From positions 4,160,001 through 4,224,000 of the forward strand of contig CP166615.1 of NCBI GenBank assembly GCA_041937175.2: DNA of 64,000 nt, given 5' to 3'. The first letter of the stretch is position 1. The number at the start of each line of letters is the position of its first letter. Of this stretch, positions 40,081 through 51,126 are shown piece by piece. A program made the position numbers and the translations under genes. The notes under the pieces are model-generated. The model did no database searches. It was not told the DNA's origin and worked only from the letters and a program-made list of their open reading frames with translations. This stretch comes from Limnothrix sp. BL-A-16. Lineage in GTDB: Bacteria; Cyanobacteriota; Cyanobacteriia; CACIAM-69d.

Positions 40081-40460
40081 GGTTTTTTTCCTTGATGATT
40101 TCTTAAACAAAAGGCACTAATAAGAACCGCTAATGAGCGGTTGTGCTGTCCCAAATTACCATCCCGATTTCACTGGGCGTTTAGGGAAAGCCTGGCTTTG
40201 CAATTAACCTTTAATAAGCTTGAAAATTCTTGAAATTTCGCGATAAAAATTCACACATTAGCCAAATTTTCGTCGATCAGAACGTAATAAACGGCAATGA
40301 ATAAACGAATAACAGTTCCAATGCAGTCGCCTAAAAACGGGATCGCCAAGAGCCGATCGGTGAAATAGCCGTGAAATAGCTAGGGAGTTGGTCAACAGGC
40401 ATCTAGGAGATAGAAAAACCGTGAAAGTCTGTGAAAAAGATAAGAAACGGCTGATTCAGA

Positions 40461-40572
40461 ACAGGGTGGTTGAAACTGATCAATCAAAACTCATCCTCTA
40501 CCCTAGGAACTGCTTTACAGGGTGGTTGAAACTGATCAATCAAAACTCATCTTCTATCCTAGGGACTGCTTT
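40461..40572. repeat. Tandem duplication 56 bp x2
   Basis: 40461-40516 vs 40517-40572 with 3 mismatches; includes the stop codon of the adjacent minus-strand gene. Confidence 0.9.
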
Positions 40573-41575
40573 GGATAAAACGCAGCCCGCTGATGAGGGG
40601 TTCCCCATTGGGCGATCGCTCGATCGGGGCATGGGGCCCCGATGGGGTTGGGTAAAACAGCTCGACTGAACAAAGGGGTGCGGGTTGTTCCTCGCCCGCA
40701 TCGTAGGGACAGCCATAGTACACCAGGCGATCGGCCAGGCGCTGGGTTTCGATCGGGCGAAAAGTTTGATTATTGTTCAAAATTCTGACGTAAGCTAAGG
40801 CGGCCACTTGGGAGATGGGCCGATAAAACGACAGGCTGTAGCTAACGGATTCCGTGCCATTCCGCTGTGCAATCAGAGACAGGTTGTTAAAGGGATAAAT
40901 CCGCACCGAGCAGGGGGAGGTCACGTCATAAAACCCGCAGGCTCGATTCAGCGCTTGCACCTGTTGAAAGCGCGATCGATTGAAGGGTTGGCGACTGAAG
41001 CGCCCATCTTCCACATCCTCCAGAGGCTCCACTGGCTCAGACGCGGGTAAACCCGCCGGGGCAAGGGCTTCCGAAGTGATTTCCCATAGTTCCGCACGAC
41101 AAGGGGCCGCCTCCCGATCGCAATTCTGGGGACGCTGGCCGTCGGGGCCCACCTGATAGATGTGGGATCCTTCAATGAAAAGCCCCTGTTGATCATTCAG
41201 CCAAAGGGGATTGGAAAAGCGGCCGCGATACTCAATGGCGCGGTTGGCCGTGCCGTGGCGCTCAACGGTGGTGGTGCCATCTGGCTCGATCGTGATCGAT
41301 TGCCCCGTGCCGCTGCCTCCCAAAAAGTTGAAGGAGCGCCGGCCAATGAAGGGAAGTGCGCTGGGCGCTTGGCTCAAGGGGCCCAGCCGATCAGTAACGG
41401 GGGCGCGGGGAAACGCGGTGACCCTGGGGTGGCGGGGGGCGATCGCGCTTTGCATCCCAATGGCCTGAGCGGGCCCGGAACTCCACAAGCCCCACAACAG
41501 GGCGATCGGGAAAGCAAGACTTCGGCCCCGTTGGCTCCAAACCGATAGTGCGCCGTGATTCAACAAGAGATTCAT
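40559..41575 (-). CDS. Hypothetical, probably exported protein (start uncertain)
   Basis: Long ORF with a signal-like segment ending PAQA, an FIGRRSFNFLGGSGTG domain and paired cysteines. Confidence 0.65.
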   Translation of the reverse strand: MNLLLNHGALSVWSQRGRSLAFPIALLWGLWSSGPAQAIGMQSAIAPRHPRVTAFPRAPVTDRLGPLSQAPSALPFIGRRSFNFLGGSGTGQSITIEPDGTTTVERHGTANRAIEYRGRFSNPLWLNDQQGLFIEGSHIYQVGPDGQRPQNCDREAAPCRAELWEITSEALAPAGLPASEPVEPLEDVEDGRFSRQPFNRSRFQQVQALNRACGFYDVTSPCSVRIYPFNNLSLIAQRNGTESVSYSLSFYRPISQVAALAYVRILNNNQTFRPIETQRLADRLVYYGCPYDAGEEQPAPLCSVELFYPTPSGPHAPIERSPNGEPLISGLRFIQSSP

Positions 41576-41711
41576 AAATCGATGATGGCTTGGACAGCGG
41601 GCAGCCGGAAGAAGCAGGGGACGATCGCCCGGTCTGGCCCTAGGGTTGGACAGGATCTCCCGCAAGATGATCGAGCGTTTCGAGCGATCGCCCTTCAGCC
41701 CGCCCAGATCC

Positions 41712-43433
41712 TTAGCCCGCCAGCGATCGCTGCGGTTGTCCCCAAATCACCCGCTCATGCTTGTAAATCACTAGCCCCGGCTTAGCACCCTTGGGTTTGT
41801 ATAGATGCCGGGGTTCCGTGTAAATCACGGGAACCTGTTCTGCCTGCCGGGCCCGGCTGTAGCGGGCGGCCAGATCGGCGGTAAATTGCAAATCGGTGCG
41901 ATCGGGCTGGGATCCCGCTGGCATCCGCAACAGCACGTGGCTGCCGGGAATTTCCTGGGCATGGAACCACAAATCATAGGCCGTGGCCAACCGGAAGGAG
42001 AGCCGATCGTTCTGGGCGTTGTTGCGGCCAATCCAGACTTCATAGCCGCTGGGGGTGGTGAATTTGCGAAACCCTTCGCCGGGGTCGGGCAAGGCGCGAC
42101 GATAGCCCGGATCCTCCAGGTAGCCTTCCTGCACCAGCTCATCGCGAATTTCTTCGAGGGCGCTCAGATCCTCGGGGCCACCGTAGTCCTCAAATTCACT
42201 GAGGCTTTCTTCCACCTCTTCCAGGTAGGCCAATTCACTGCGGGCGGCCATCAGCAACGGTTCGATCGCGCTGCGGGAGCGATCGAGCTTTTGATATTTT
42301 TTGTAGAGCTGTTGGGCGTTTTGCACGCCGGTTTTCGCCGGATCCAGGGCGATGGTCACGGGTGCGCCGGTCTCGAAGTCTGGCAGGCTGATCCGATCCA
42401 TTCCCGGTTGCCAATGGTGTAGATGGGCCATCAACAGATCAGCCCGCGATCGAAACTGGTCGGCCTCGGCGGATTGGGCCAGGCGATCGGTAAATTCTTC
42501 AACTTTTTTGCGCAGCTTGCTGGCGAGGTTGCTCACCTTTTGCCGCAACTGTTGCCAAAGCCGCTGGAAGGCTTCCCGATCGAGCCGATCGCCATAGTAG
42601 CGATCGAGCAAGTCTTGCACCGACGGGGCCGATCGCTGCTCCTGCCACCCCAGCACGTCGTAACCCGCTTCCGTCCAACCGGGCGCAAAGTCTCCCATCT
42701 CCAGCCGTTTCAGCCAGCCTTGCCAAACCTCAAACAGCCGCTGCTGGGTTGTTAGCTCCAGGGTTTCCACCGGTTTCTGAGGGTCAATTTCGGCCGCAGT
42801 CAGCAGGCTTTTAACCAACGGCGAGCTGAGGCCGCGATAGGTTTTCAGCAGTTGGCGACTGATGGGGCCAGGAATCAAGGAAACCCGCTCCCACCAGCGA
42901 TCGAAGGATTCGGTTGGTTGCGGTGTGGCCTCCGTCAGTTTGGGCGGCGCACTGTAGCGATCGCCCGTTTGAATCGGCCGCACCCGCGACTGCTGGGCGC
43001 TCACCTGGTGGGCTGCGGTGACGATCGTGCCGTCCGCCGTGGTCAGAATGGCATTGCTGTACTTGCCCATAATTTCCACGTACAGGTGCCACAGGGGCGG
43101 ATCGCCCGGCCGCTTGGCAAATTGCAAATCCACCACCCGCTCCCAGGGGGCCACCTCCGCAAAAGATACCAGGGCCAATCCTTTCAGTTGATGCAACAAC
43201 TGTTGGCTAAAGGTGAAGGTGTCCGGTTCCTTGGGCGGGGCGGCCCCGATGCAAAGCCGCGCCGCCTGGGGATGCCAGGAAATGCCCAACCAACCGCGCC
43301 GCTCGATCGTCCGCAGGCAAAGGTAAACCGTGAAGCGATCGCGCTGAAAAACCTGTTCCAAGCGGGCCGGTAACCAGTCGCGCCGCAGTTCCCACAAACT
43401 CGCTATCAGGGTGGTGTAATCAACGGGTTGCAT
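41712..43433 (-). CDS. rqcH: NFACT-family ribosome quality control protein (RqcH/FbpA)
   Basis: LYVEIMGKYSN, coiled coil, NAQQLYKKYQK, IGRNNAQND, WFHAQEIPGSHV, KPKGAKPG. Confidence 0.93.
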   Translation of the reverse strand: MQPVDYTTLIASLWELRRDWLPARLEQVFQRDRFTVYLCLRTIERRGWLGISWHPQAARLCIGAAPPKEPDTFTFSQQLLHQLKGLALVSFAEVAPWERVVDLQFAKRPGDPPLWHLYVEIMGKYSNAILTTADGTIVTAAHQVSAQQSRVRPIQTGDRYSAPPKLTEATPQPTESFDRWWERVSLIPGPISRQLLKTYRGLSSPLVKSLLTAAEIDPQKPVETLELTTQQRLFEVWQGWLKRLEMGDFAPGWTEAGYDVLGWQEQRSAPSVQDLLDRYYGDRLDREAFQRLWQQLRQKVSNLASKLRKKVEEFTDRLAQSAEADQFRSRADLLMAHLHHWQPGMDRISLPDFETGAPVTIALDPAKTGVQNAQQLYKKYQKLDRSRSAIEPLLMAARSELAYLEEVEESLSEFEDYGGPEDLSALEEIRDELVQEGYLEDPGYRRALPDPGEGFRKFTTPSGYEVWIGRNNAQNDRLSFRLATAYDLWFHAQEIPGSHVLLRMPAGSQPDRTDLQFTADLAARYSRARQAEQVPVIYTEPRHLYKPKGAKPGLVIYKHERVIWGQPQRSLAG

Positions 43434-43508
43434 GGGTCACTCTCGGGCGGGCAACGGATCAAGCGGCGGGTCAGGGCGATCGGGACGATCGGGCCAATAG
43501 GCAAACCA

Positions 43509-44624
43509 CTAGGGTTTGGGACGGCGGTAGAAGGGGCGATTGACCACCTCAGCGGTGATGAACTTATTCCGAATTTGCACCTCCAAGGCTTGCCCCACTT
43601 CCGCCAGGGCCGTGGGCACGTAGGCCAGGGCGATCGGGCGACTGAGGGTGGGGGAAAATGTCCCGCTGGTGACGATGCCCACCGGCTCACCCTGGTACAG
43701 AACTGGGTAATCGTGGCGGGCAATGTGGCGATCGGGCAAGCTCAACCCCACCAGGCGGCGGGGAATGCCGGCCGCCTGCTGAGCCTCCAAGGCCGCCCGC
43801 CCGATGAAGTCTCCCTTGCGATCAAAATGAACTAACCAATCAAGACTGCCTTCAAAGGGCGTGGTTTCCTCGGTGATGTCCTGGCCATAGAGGGCCATGG
43901 CCGCTTCCAAACGCAGGGTATCGCGGGATCCCAGCCCACAAGGAGCCACGCCCGCTTCAATTAACCGTTGCCAAAACCGTTGGCCCGCCTCCAGATCCAG
44001 CATGATTTCAAAACCATCTTCACCGGTGTAGCCGGTGCGGGCCATGAAAACGGGATCGGTTCCCAGGTGCGTGCGAATCGATCGATAGAACTTCAATTGT
44101 CCCAAATCCGCCGTGATCCAGGGTTGTAAGGTGGCGGCGGCGGCTGGGCCCTGCACCGCAATCAGGATTTGCTCGGCCGATTGATCAATAACCGTCACCG
44201 CCGGATCCAGGTGAGCTGCTAACCAAGCCAGATCCTTGGCCGTGGTGGCAGCGTTAATGATCACCGTGGCCCGATCGATCCCTTCGCTATAGACAATCAA
44301 GTCATCCACAATGCCGCCCTGTTCGTTCAGCAGCACCGTATATTTCCCTTGCCCCGGCTGGAGCGGGCTGAGATCGCTGGGCACTAACTGCCCTAAGGCT
44401 GTTTGCCAGGGGCCTTGCAGTGCCAGCTTGCCCATGTGAGAAATGTCAAAACAGCCCACACCCGATCGCACGGTTCGGTGCTCTTCCATCAGGCCAGCAA
44501 ACTGCACTGGCATTTCCCAACCGCCAAAGCCGGTCATTTTTGCGCCCAACTCAACACAGGCGGCAAACAAGGGGGTACGGCGTAGCTCGATCGCGCTCAA
44601 GGGATTGTCCTCAAGGTTAAACAA
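43509..44624 (-). CDS. gcvT: Glycine cleavage aminomethyltransferase T (start uncertain)
   Basis: RTPL, FGGWEMPVQF, FDISHMG, ARTGYTGEDGFE, GLGSRDTLRLEA. Confidence 0.96.
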   Translation of the reverse strand: MFNLEDNPLSAIELRRTPLFAACVELGAKMTGFGGWEMPVQFAGLMEEHRTVRSGVGCFDISHMGKLALQGPWQTALGQLVPSDLSPLQPGQGKYTVLLNEQGGIVDDLIVYSEGIDRATVIINAATTAKDLAWLAAHLDPAVTVIDQSAEQILIAVQGPAAAATLQPWITADLGQLKFYRSIRTHLGTDPVFMARTGYTGEDGFEIMLDLEAGQRFWQRLIEAGVAPCGLGSRDTLRLEAAMALYGQDITEETTPFEGSLDWLVHFDRKGDFIGRAALEAQQAAGIPRRLVGLSLPDRHIARHDYPVLYQGEPVGIVTSGTFSPTLSRPIALAYVPTALAEVGQALEVQIRNKFITAEVVNRPFYRRPKP

Positions 44625-44666
44625 TTGGGGCCTTTCTCATTATGCCGGGTTGCTCACGCCGCCATC

Positions 44667-44700
44667 AAAAAGGAGCGATCCCATGATCTGGATCGCTCCT
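44667..44700 (-). terminator. Intrinsic terminator of the rpo operon
   Basis: AGGAGCGATCC / GGATCGCTCCT 11-bp stem with a T-tract on the minus strand. Confidence 0.75.
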
Positions 44701-44833
44701 CGGAATGACGCTTAATTTAGGATGCATCTAATCAGGATGCATCAAGCAGCTGTATCCAATTGCTGAGGTTGGGCGCTGCCCCTATGACCCGCTCCCCGAT
44801 CGAGCCGAGCGATCGGGTCACAGGGCTGAACAC

Positions 44834-47800
44834 CTAGTCTTCCTCATCGAAATCTTCACCGCCGTCGGTGTAGCTCTCTTCCTCTTCCTCATCGCCGCTG
44901 CTGGTGTAGCGGCTGCCGTAGCTGCCACCAATGTCCTCATCATCAATGATCGCCGGGTTGCGACTCAGACCATAGGCCGCCTCAGCTCCCAGGTCGATCG
45001 TCCCTTCCAGCTCATAGGCCCGCGCCGTGCGATCGTCCAGCACCACATCGGCCAGTTCCCCATCGTCGCCGTAGAGCGGATCGGTCAGGGTATAGCCCGT
45101 GGTTTCGTAGGGGCTAATTTCATCCACCAGGCCTTCTTCGTAGGCATTGAAGCCCGTACCCGCCGGAATCAGACGACCGATGATCACGTTTTCCTTCAGG
45201 CCACGCAGCCAATCGGATTTGCCCTCGATCGCCGCCTCCGTCAGCACCCGCGTGGTTTCTTGGAAACTGGCCGCCGAAATGAAGCTGTCCGTGTTCAGCG
45301 AAGCCTTGGTGATCCCCAACAGCACGGGCGTGTAAAGGGCCGGAGCCGCGCCGGTAATTGACATGGCTTCATTCACCCGCTCCACCTGTTGCAGTTCCAC
45401 CAACTCACCCGGCAGCATCGTCGTATCGCCACCGTCATCGATCCGCACCTTGGAGGTCATCTGCCGCACAATCACTTCAATGTGCTTGTCGGAGATTTCA
45501 ATTCCCTGGGATTGGTACACGGACTGTACTTCATCCACCAGGAACTTCTGCACCCGCTGCAAGCTGTCGAGGGCCGCTTCGTAGGGCGACATCAACTCCG
45601 CGTAGTAGTTGTAGAAGATTTCCAGGGTTTCGTGGGGGTTGGCCGGGCCGTCGGTCAGCGGTTCCGCCACGTTCGCCGCTTGACCATCGACCACCTGCAC
45701 GTTTTGGCCGGCTCGAATCGGGTATTCCGCCAAGGTGCCATCGTTCTCGATGATCTTGACTTCCACCGTGTCATCTTCCCCATAGACCACTTGGGCCGTA
45801 CCGGGACGACGGGCCAACACGCAGGCTTCCTTGGGCTTCCGGGCTTCCAGCAGTTCCTCAATCCGGGGCAGACCCTGGATGATGTCTCCGGTTTTGGTGC
45901 GCTCAAACACCAGCAGCACGAGGTTGTCACCCCGCTGCACCAGGTCGCCATCATCAATGTGCAACACGGCTTGGGAGGACACGCGGTAGGGGCGTGCCAC
46001 CCGCAACACCACGTGATCTTCCCCGATCGACAGCACTTGGCCCGATTCGGTGCTGACCTGACCGGGGGCAATTTCGCTCTTGCCCGCCACCACCAGGTCA
46101 TCCACCTTCACGGTCGGGGCTTCTTGGGTTGCCACCGTCAACTGATCGGTGGGGCGCATGATCAACAACCGTCGCAGGCTTTCACCATCGCCGCGAATAC
46201 CGCGCACTTCCCCGCCGTCTTTGGCTTGGATTTCGGTGCGGGCCACCACGGCTCCCGGATCCACCCGATCGCCGTCCTTCACCAGCAGCCGCGTGTGGGT
46301 GCTGCCCTGGGTCGGATCCGCCGACACGTCCCGCCGCACCACCAGGGATTCCAAAATCACCAGTTGCAGGCGCTTGATCTCTTCGTCCGTGGGATCATCC
46401 ACCAGTTCAATATCGGCGGCCAACTGCGGCGTACCCTTATCCATTTCCAGGATCAGTTGGGTGCGCAGCAGGTCAATCCCTTCCACGGACTTAACCCGCT
46501 CACCGTCCTTGAACGGAATCCGCTGAACGGCCCGCAGTTTGATCGATCGCCCGGCTTCTTCGGCGGAATCTTGGCTCGGCACGGCCGGCTCATCGGGCAC
46601 GGTGAACTCAATCACCGGCCGCAGCAACAGCCCGGACCCTTCCGGCGTTTCCACATATTCCACACAAACCAGCTCTTCGGCCGGCAAGCCCGGAATGATG
46701 TCTTGGCCGGGGGTGATGATTTGCCCATCGACGGTGGCCACCAAGTCCGGATCATCGACCATCCGCAGATCACCGGGCTTGATCGAAATTTCCCGCAGAA
46801 TGTCGTTCTTTTGGATCACTTCCACGATCCCGGCGCTCTGGCAGAAGATGTCTTTGACGATCTCCGTGCCCGCTTCCACATATTGACCGTCTTCCACCAT
46901 CAACAGGGAGATGTCCTTGTTGATTTCGTGGGTTTCTTCGGGAATCCAAAGCAGCGTGCCCCCTTGGAGCACCTCATAGCCCTGTTTGCCCTTGGCTTTT
47001 TTGGCCACTTCCACGCCGGAGTAGCGCAGAATCCCGCCGGTGCTGGTGCGGTAGTGATCGTCAATCAGCTCGGCCACCACTTGGTTGTGTAACACCTTGG
47101 TGCCGGGGGTGGCAATCAGGGAGAACAGTTGTCCCCGATCGGTCTCAATCAGGTAGTGATCACGACCTTGGGCGCTTTCGGTGCGGATCCGAGCTTCGTT
47201 CAGCAACACCGAGGCAGTGATGATTTCAATTTCCCGGCTGCCGGCCTTGCCGTCGGCCTCGGCCACCTCGATCGGGAGGCGCACCACCCCGCCATGTTCC
47301 GTCACTAGGCGAGTTTCCGCCAAAATGCTGTTGGCTTCTACCACGCTGCCATTTTTGACCGTGGGTTCAGCTCCCGGCGGCAGGTTGTAGACTTCCCCGG
47401 ACAGCACCCAAATCAGCCCACTCCGTTGAGCAATCCGGGTGGTGTTGCCCTGGCGGTCTTTTTTCTCTTCGGGATAGACTCCATCGAACAGCACCTCACC
47501 GGCCATGTCCGAAGGCACGTCTTTGGTGGCTTTTTCCGTGGATTTCCGGGTGGTGCGCCCTTGGGCTTGCACCTCCACCAGCATTTGGCCCAGCTTCACT
47601 TCCTCGCCGCTGCGGGCAATCAGGATCGAACCTTGGCTGGCTTCAAAGGTTTCCTTTTTGCCGCTGGCTTCCACGGTGAGTTTGGTAGGCGCTTCCAGCA
47701 ACAGGGCATCTTCCCCGTGGCGGGTACGGAAGGAGCGGGCCCGTAGATTTTTGGGATATTTGACCACCCCATCAAAGGGCGCACGAATTTGACCGGCCAC

Positions 47801-48853
47801 TTCCCCGGTGAAAACACCCCCCGTGTGGAAGGTGCGCATGGTGAGCTGGGTCCCGGGTTCCCCGATCGACTGGGCGGCAATAATTCCCACCGCTTCGCCC
47901 ATGTCCACCATGCTGCCGTGGGCCAAGCTCCAGCCATAGCACTTTTGGCAGACCGATCGGGCCGCTTCACAGGTCAGGGGCGATCGGACGATCACCTCTT
48001 CCACGCCCGCCGCTTCGATTTCCTTGGCCAACTCATCGGAAATGTCTTGGTTGCGGGCCGCCAGCACCTCGCCGGTTTGCGGATGAACCACATCCACCGC
48101 CACCACCCGACCCAACAGCCGGGAGCTAATCGGAATCAGGATTTTTTCATCGTCGGTCATGGCCCGAACCGGAATTCCCCGCTCCGTGCCGCAATCGGTT
48201 TCCCGAATGATCGTGTCCTGGGACACGTCCACCAATCGGCGCGTTAGGTAGCCGGAGTCCGCCGTGCGCAATGCCGTGTCCACCAACCCCTTACGGGCCC
48301 CGTAGGAGGAAATGATGTATTCGGTAACGGTCAGCCCTTCGCGGAAGTTGGTTTTAATCGGCAAGTCGATGATTTCCCCTTGGGGGTTGGCCATCAAGCC
48401 GCGCATCCCCACCAACTGGCGCACCTGGGACAGGTTCCCCCGTGCCCCGGAGAAGGCCATCATGTAGACAGAGTTCAGGGGATCGTTGGCCTCGAAGTTG
48501 CGTACCACCTCATCTTTCAGGTTTTCGCTGGTGCCGTTCCAGGTGTCGATTACCTTTTGGAAGCGCTCCACTTCCGTGATTTCCCCGCGCACATATTTGG
48601 TTTCCGTGCGGCGGATTTCCTCTTCTGCGGCTTCCAGTAGTTGGCGCTTAATGGGCGGAATTTGCAGGTCATCGACGCTAATCGAGACCCCGGCGCGGGT
48701 GGCGAATTTAAAGCCCAGATCCTTCAGGGCATCGGCGAGCTGGGAGGTGCGGGCCGTCCCATAGTGGGTAAAGGCCCAGGCAATCAGGTTCCGCAGTTGA
48801 CCCTTACGGATCACGCGGTTGTAAAAGATGGGTTGGGTCGGTTGGTCAGCCAT
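44834..48853 (-). CDS. rpoC2: RNA polymerase beta' C-terminal subunit with the large SI3 insertion
   Basis: [65 protein letters not shown]. Confidence 0.98.
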   Translation of the reverse strand: MADQPTQPIFYNRVIRKGQLRNLIAWAFTHYGTARTSQLADALKDLGFKFATRAGVSISVDDLQIPPIKRQLLEAAEEEIRRTETKYVRGEITEVERFQKVIDTWNGTSENLKDEVVRNFEANDPLNSVYMMAFSGARGNLSQVRQLVGMRGLMANPQGEIIDLPIKTNFREGLTVTEYIISSYGARKGLVDTALRTADSGYLTRRLVDVSQDTIIRETDCGTERGIPVRAMTDDEKILIPISSRLLGRVVAVDVVHPQTGEVLAARNQDISDELAKEIEAAGVEEVIVRSPLTCEAARSVCQKCYGWSLAHGSMVDMGEAVGIIAAQSIGEPGTQLTMRTFHTGGVFTGEVAGQIRAPFDGVVKYPKNLRARSFRTRHGEDALLLEAPTKLTVEASGKKETFEASQGSILIARSGEEVKLGQMLVEVQAQGRTTRKSTEKATKDVPSDMAGEVLFDGVYPEEKKDRQGNTTRIAQRSGLIWVLSGEVYNLPPGAEPTVKNGSVVEANSILAETRLVTEHGGVVRLPIEVAEADGKAGSREIEIITASVLLNEARIRTESAQGRDHYLIETDRGQLFSLIATPGTKVLHNQVVAELIDDHYRTSTGGILRYSGVEVAKKAKGKQGYEVLQGGTLLWIPEETHEINKDISLLMVEDGQYVEAGTEIVKDIFCQSAGIVEVIQKNDILREISIKPGDLRMVDDPDLVATVDGQIITPGQDIIPGLPAEELVCVEYVETPEGSGLLLRPVIEFTVPDEPAVPSQDSAEEAGRSIKLRAVQRIPFKDGERVKSVEGIDLLRTQLILEMDKGTPQLAADIELVDDPTDEEIKRLQLVILESLVVRRDVSADPTQGSTHTRLLVKDGDRVDPGAVVARTEIQAKDGGEVRGIRGDGESLRRLLIMRPTDQLTVATQEAPTVKVDDLVVAGKSEIAPGQVSTESGQVLSIGEDHVVLRVARPYRVSSQAVLHIDDGDLVQRGDNLVLLVFERTKTGDIIQGLPRIEELLEARKPKEACVLARRPGTAQVVYGEDDTVEVKIIENDGTLAEYPIRAGQNVQVVDGQAANVAEPLTDGPANPHETLEIFYNYYAELMSPYEAALDSLQRVQKFLVDEVQSVYQSQGIEISDKHIEVIVRQMTSKVRIDDGGDTTMLPGELVELQQVERVNEAMSITGAAPALYTPVLLGITKASLNTDSFISAASFQETTRVLTEAAIEGKSDWLRGLKENVIIGRLIPAGTGFNAYEEGLVDEISPYETTGYTLTDPLYGDDGELADVVLDDRTARAYELEGTIDLGAEAAYGLSRNPAIIDDEDIGGSYGSRYTSSGDEEEEESYTDGGEDFDEED

Positions 48854-48948
48854 GATCGGTTCGATCTTGTTGCGGTGATGGGGCCAGGCGGGGAAAGGCG
48901 ATCGCCCCGATCGGGGCCAGGGCCAACGGGGCGATCGCGCAGGCTGGA

Positions 48949-51027
48949 TTAGCCGATGCTGAGGACAGCCTGTTGAATCGTTTGGTTCAGCAAAATGCGA
49001 CCCGGTGTGGTGCGGATATATTGGGTCAGCAGTTCACCATCGCACTCGCGCCGGAGGCTGAGGGGGCGGCGGGTCTTTTTGCCCAGGGTGATGGTGGTGG
49101 CGGTGCTGCCTGCGGGAATCGTCACGGACTCGGCCGGCTGGGCCACCCGAATCGTCACCTGCTCCGGCGTAATCCGAATCACTTGACCCGTGGCCGGCGC
49201 GCTCACGCCGGCCGCCAAGGCCGTGCCTTCGACCACCACATGGCCGTTGTTAATGACGGGGGTTTCACCATTCAGGGACACATCGATGGTGTCTTCGCCC
49301 ACCATCACCCACTGCTCCCCAACTCCCTCGTCATGCTCCACGGGGCCGTTGTATTGCACCCAAACATAGGTATGAAGACCCACCTTGCCCCGATCGTAGG
49401 CGATCGTCGCATCATCCAAGCTGGCAAAGTAGCGCAGCACATCGGCCTTCTGGTTCGGATTTTCGGCCGTCAGGTAGTAACAGCCCAACACCATGTCTTG
49501 GCTAGGGGTGATAATCGGGCGACCCGTAGCCGGTGACAGCACATTGTTAGAAGCCAACATCAACAAGCGCGCTTCCGCTTGAGCTTCCAAAGATAGGGGC
49601 ACGTGTACCGCCATTTGGTCGCCGTCAAAGTCCGCGTTAAAGGCCGGACAGACCAGCGGGTGCAACTGAATAGCGCGCCCATCCACCAGAATCGGTTCAA
49701 AGGCCTGAATCCCCAACCGGTGCAGGGTCGGAGCGCGGTTCAGCATCACCGGGTGGCCATCAATCACCTCTTCCAGCACATCCCAAACAGCGGGATCGTT
49801 GCGCTGGATCATCTTCTTGGCGGCCTTGATGTTGTTGACCAGACCTTGCTTAATCAGCCGGTGAATCACGAAGGGCTGGAACAGCTCGATCGCCATTTCC
49901 CGAGGCAGACCGCATTGGTGAATCTTCAGATTCGGCCCCACCACGATTACGGAACGGCCGGAGTAGTCCACCCGTTTACCCAGCAGGTTTTGGCGGAACC
50001 GACCCTGTTTCCCTTCAATGATGTCCGACAGGGACTTCAGGGGGCGGTTGTTGGCTCCCACCACTGTTCGACCCCGCCGACCGTTATCGATCAGCGCATC
50101 CACGGCTTCCTGCAACATCCGCTTTTCGTTACGGACGATGATTTCCGGAGCCAGGATCTCTTGCAAACGAGCCAACCGGTTGTTGCGGTTAATCACCCGA
50201 CGATAGAGATCGTTCAAATCCGAGGTGGCAAACCGGCCCCCATCCAACTGCACCATCGGCCGCAGGTCGGGCGGAATCACCGGAATCACATCCAGCACCA
50301 TCCACTCGGCCTTCGCCCCGGTAGCCACAAAGTTGTCAATCACCCGCAGGCGCTTGATCAACTTGGCCCGCTTTTGCCCCTTGGCCGTGGCGATTTCTTC
50401 CCGCAGGCGCTCGGCTTCCTGCTCCAGGGGAATATCCTGCAACAGGCGCTGAATCGCTTCGGCCCCGATGCCCACTTCCACGCCTTCGAGATCCGAATCA
50501 TCGGCGTAGAGCCGATCTTCGATTTCAATCCACTGTTCTTCGCTCAGCAGTTGCTTGTAGCTCAAATCCGCCGCGTTGCCCGGATCAAGCACCACGTAGG
50601 AGTTGAAATACACCACCTGCTCCACATCGCGCAGGGGCATATCCAACAGGATTGCCATGTAACTGGGGATCCCCTTCAGGTACCACACGTGGGTCACCGG
50701 GGCCGCCAGTTTGATGAAGCCCATCCGGTGACGACGCACCCGCGATTCGGTCACTTCCACGCCGCAACGTTCGCAGACAATACCGCGGTGGCGCACCCGC
50801 TTGTATTTGCCACAGTGGCATTCCCAATCCTTGGCGGGGCCAAAAATCCGCTCGCAGAATAGCCCGTCCATTTCGGGCTTCAGGGTGCGGTAGTTGATCG
50901 TTTCGGGCTTGGTCACTTCACCGACGATTTGACCATTGGGCAAGGTACGCTCGCCCCATTGGCGAATCCGCTCGGGCGAGGCGATGCCGATCTTTACGTA
51001 GTCAAAGCGCTGCTTGAGTTTCGACAT
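48949..51027 (-). CDS. rpoC1: RNA polymerase gamma subunit (692 aa, with an extra C-proximal insert)
   Basis: Zn finger CHCGKYK...CERCG, catalytic [18 protein letters not shown] at 51027. Confidence 0.98.
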   Translation of the reverse strand: MSKLKQRFDYVKIGIASPERIRQWGERTLPNGQIVGEVTKPETINYRTLKPEMDGLFCERIFGPAKDWECHCGKYKRVRHRGIVCERCGVEVTESRVRRHRMGFIKLAAPVTHVWYLKGIPSYMAILLDMPLRDVEQVVYFNSYVVLDPGNAADLSYKQLLSEEQWIEIEDRLYADDSDLEGVEVGIGAEAIQRLLQDIPLEQEAERLREEIATAKGQKRAKLIKRLRVIDNFVATGAKAEWMVLDVIPVIPPDLRPMVQLDGGRFATSDLNDLYRRVINRNNRLARLQEILAPEIIVRNEKRMLQEAVDALIDNGRRGRTVVGANNRPLKSLSDIIEGKQGRFRQNLLGKRVDYSGRSVIVVGPNLKIHQCGLPREMAIELFQPFVIHRLIKQGLVNNIKAAKKMIQRNDPAVWDVLEEVIDGHPVMLNRAPTLHRLGIQAFEPILVDGRAIQLHPLVCPAFNADFDGDQMAVHVPLSLEAQAEARLLMLASNNVLSPATGRPIITPSQDMVLGCYYLTAENPNQKADVLRYFASLDDATIAYDRGKVGLHTYVWVQYNGPVEHDEGVGEQWVMVGEDTIDVSLNGETPVINNGHVVVEGTALAAGVSAPATGQVIRITPEQVTIRVAQPAESVTIPAGSTATTITLGKKTRRPLSLRRECDGELLTQYIRTTPGRILLNQTIQQAVLSIG

Positions 51028-51126
51028 GGTTGTTCGGTGACGGTGGGCAATCAGCAGGCAAACGGGAATGGGTCGATCGCCCCAGAGAAGCAATTAAGGG
51101 GGCGATCGATCCGCAGAACTCACACC

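Noticed and set aside
44625..44830. Glycine riboswitch upstream of gcvT
   Set aside because: No aptamer consensus seen; the hairpin present is explained as the rpoC2 terminator
45389..47092. 567-aa + strand ORF and other long antisense ORFs over rpoB/C, thrS, hisD, acsF and rodA
   Set aside because: Shadow ORFs caused by GC-rich codon bias opposite well-supported genes; no recognisable motifs
49100..49320. Intein in rpoC1
   Set aside because: Too short, with no N-terminal Cys/Ser block and no His-Asn followed by Cys/Ser/Thr
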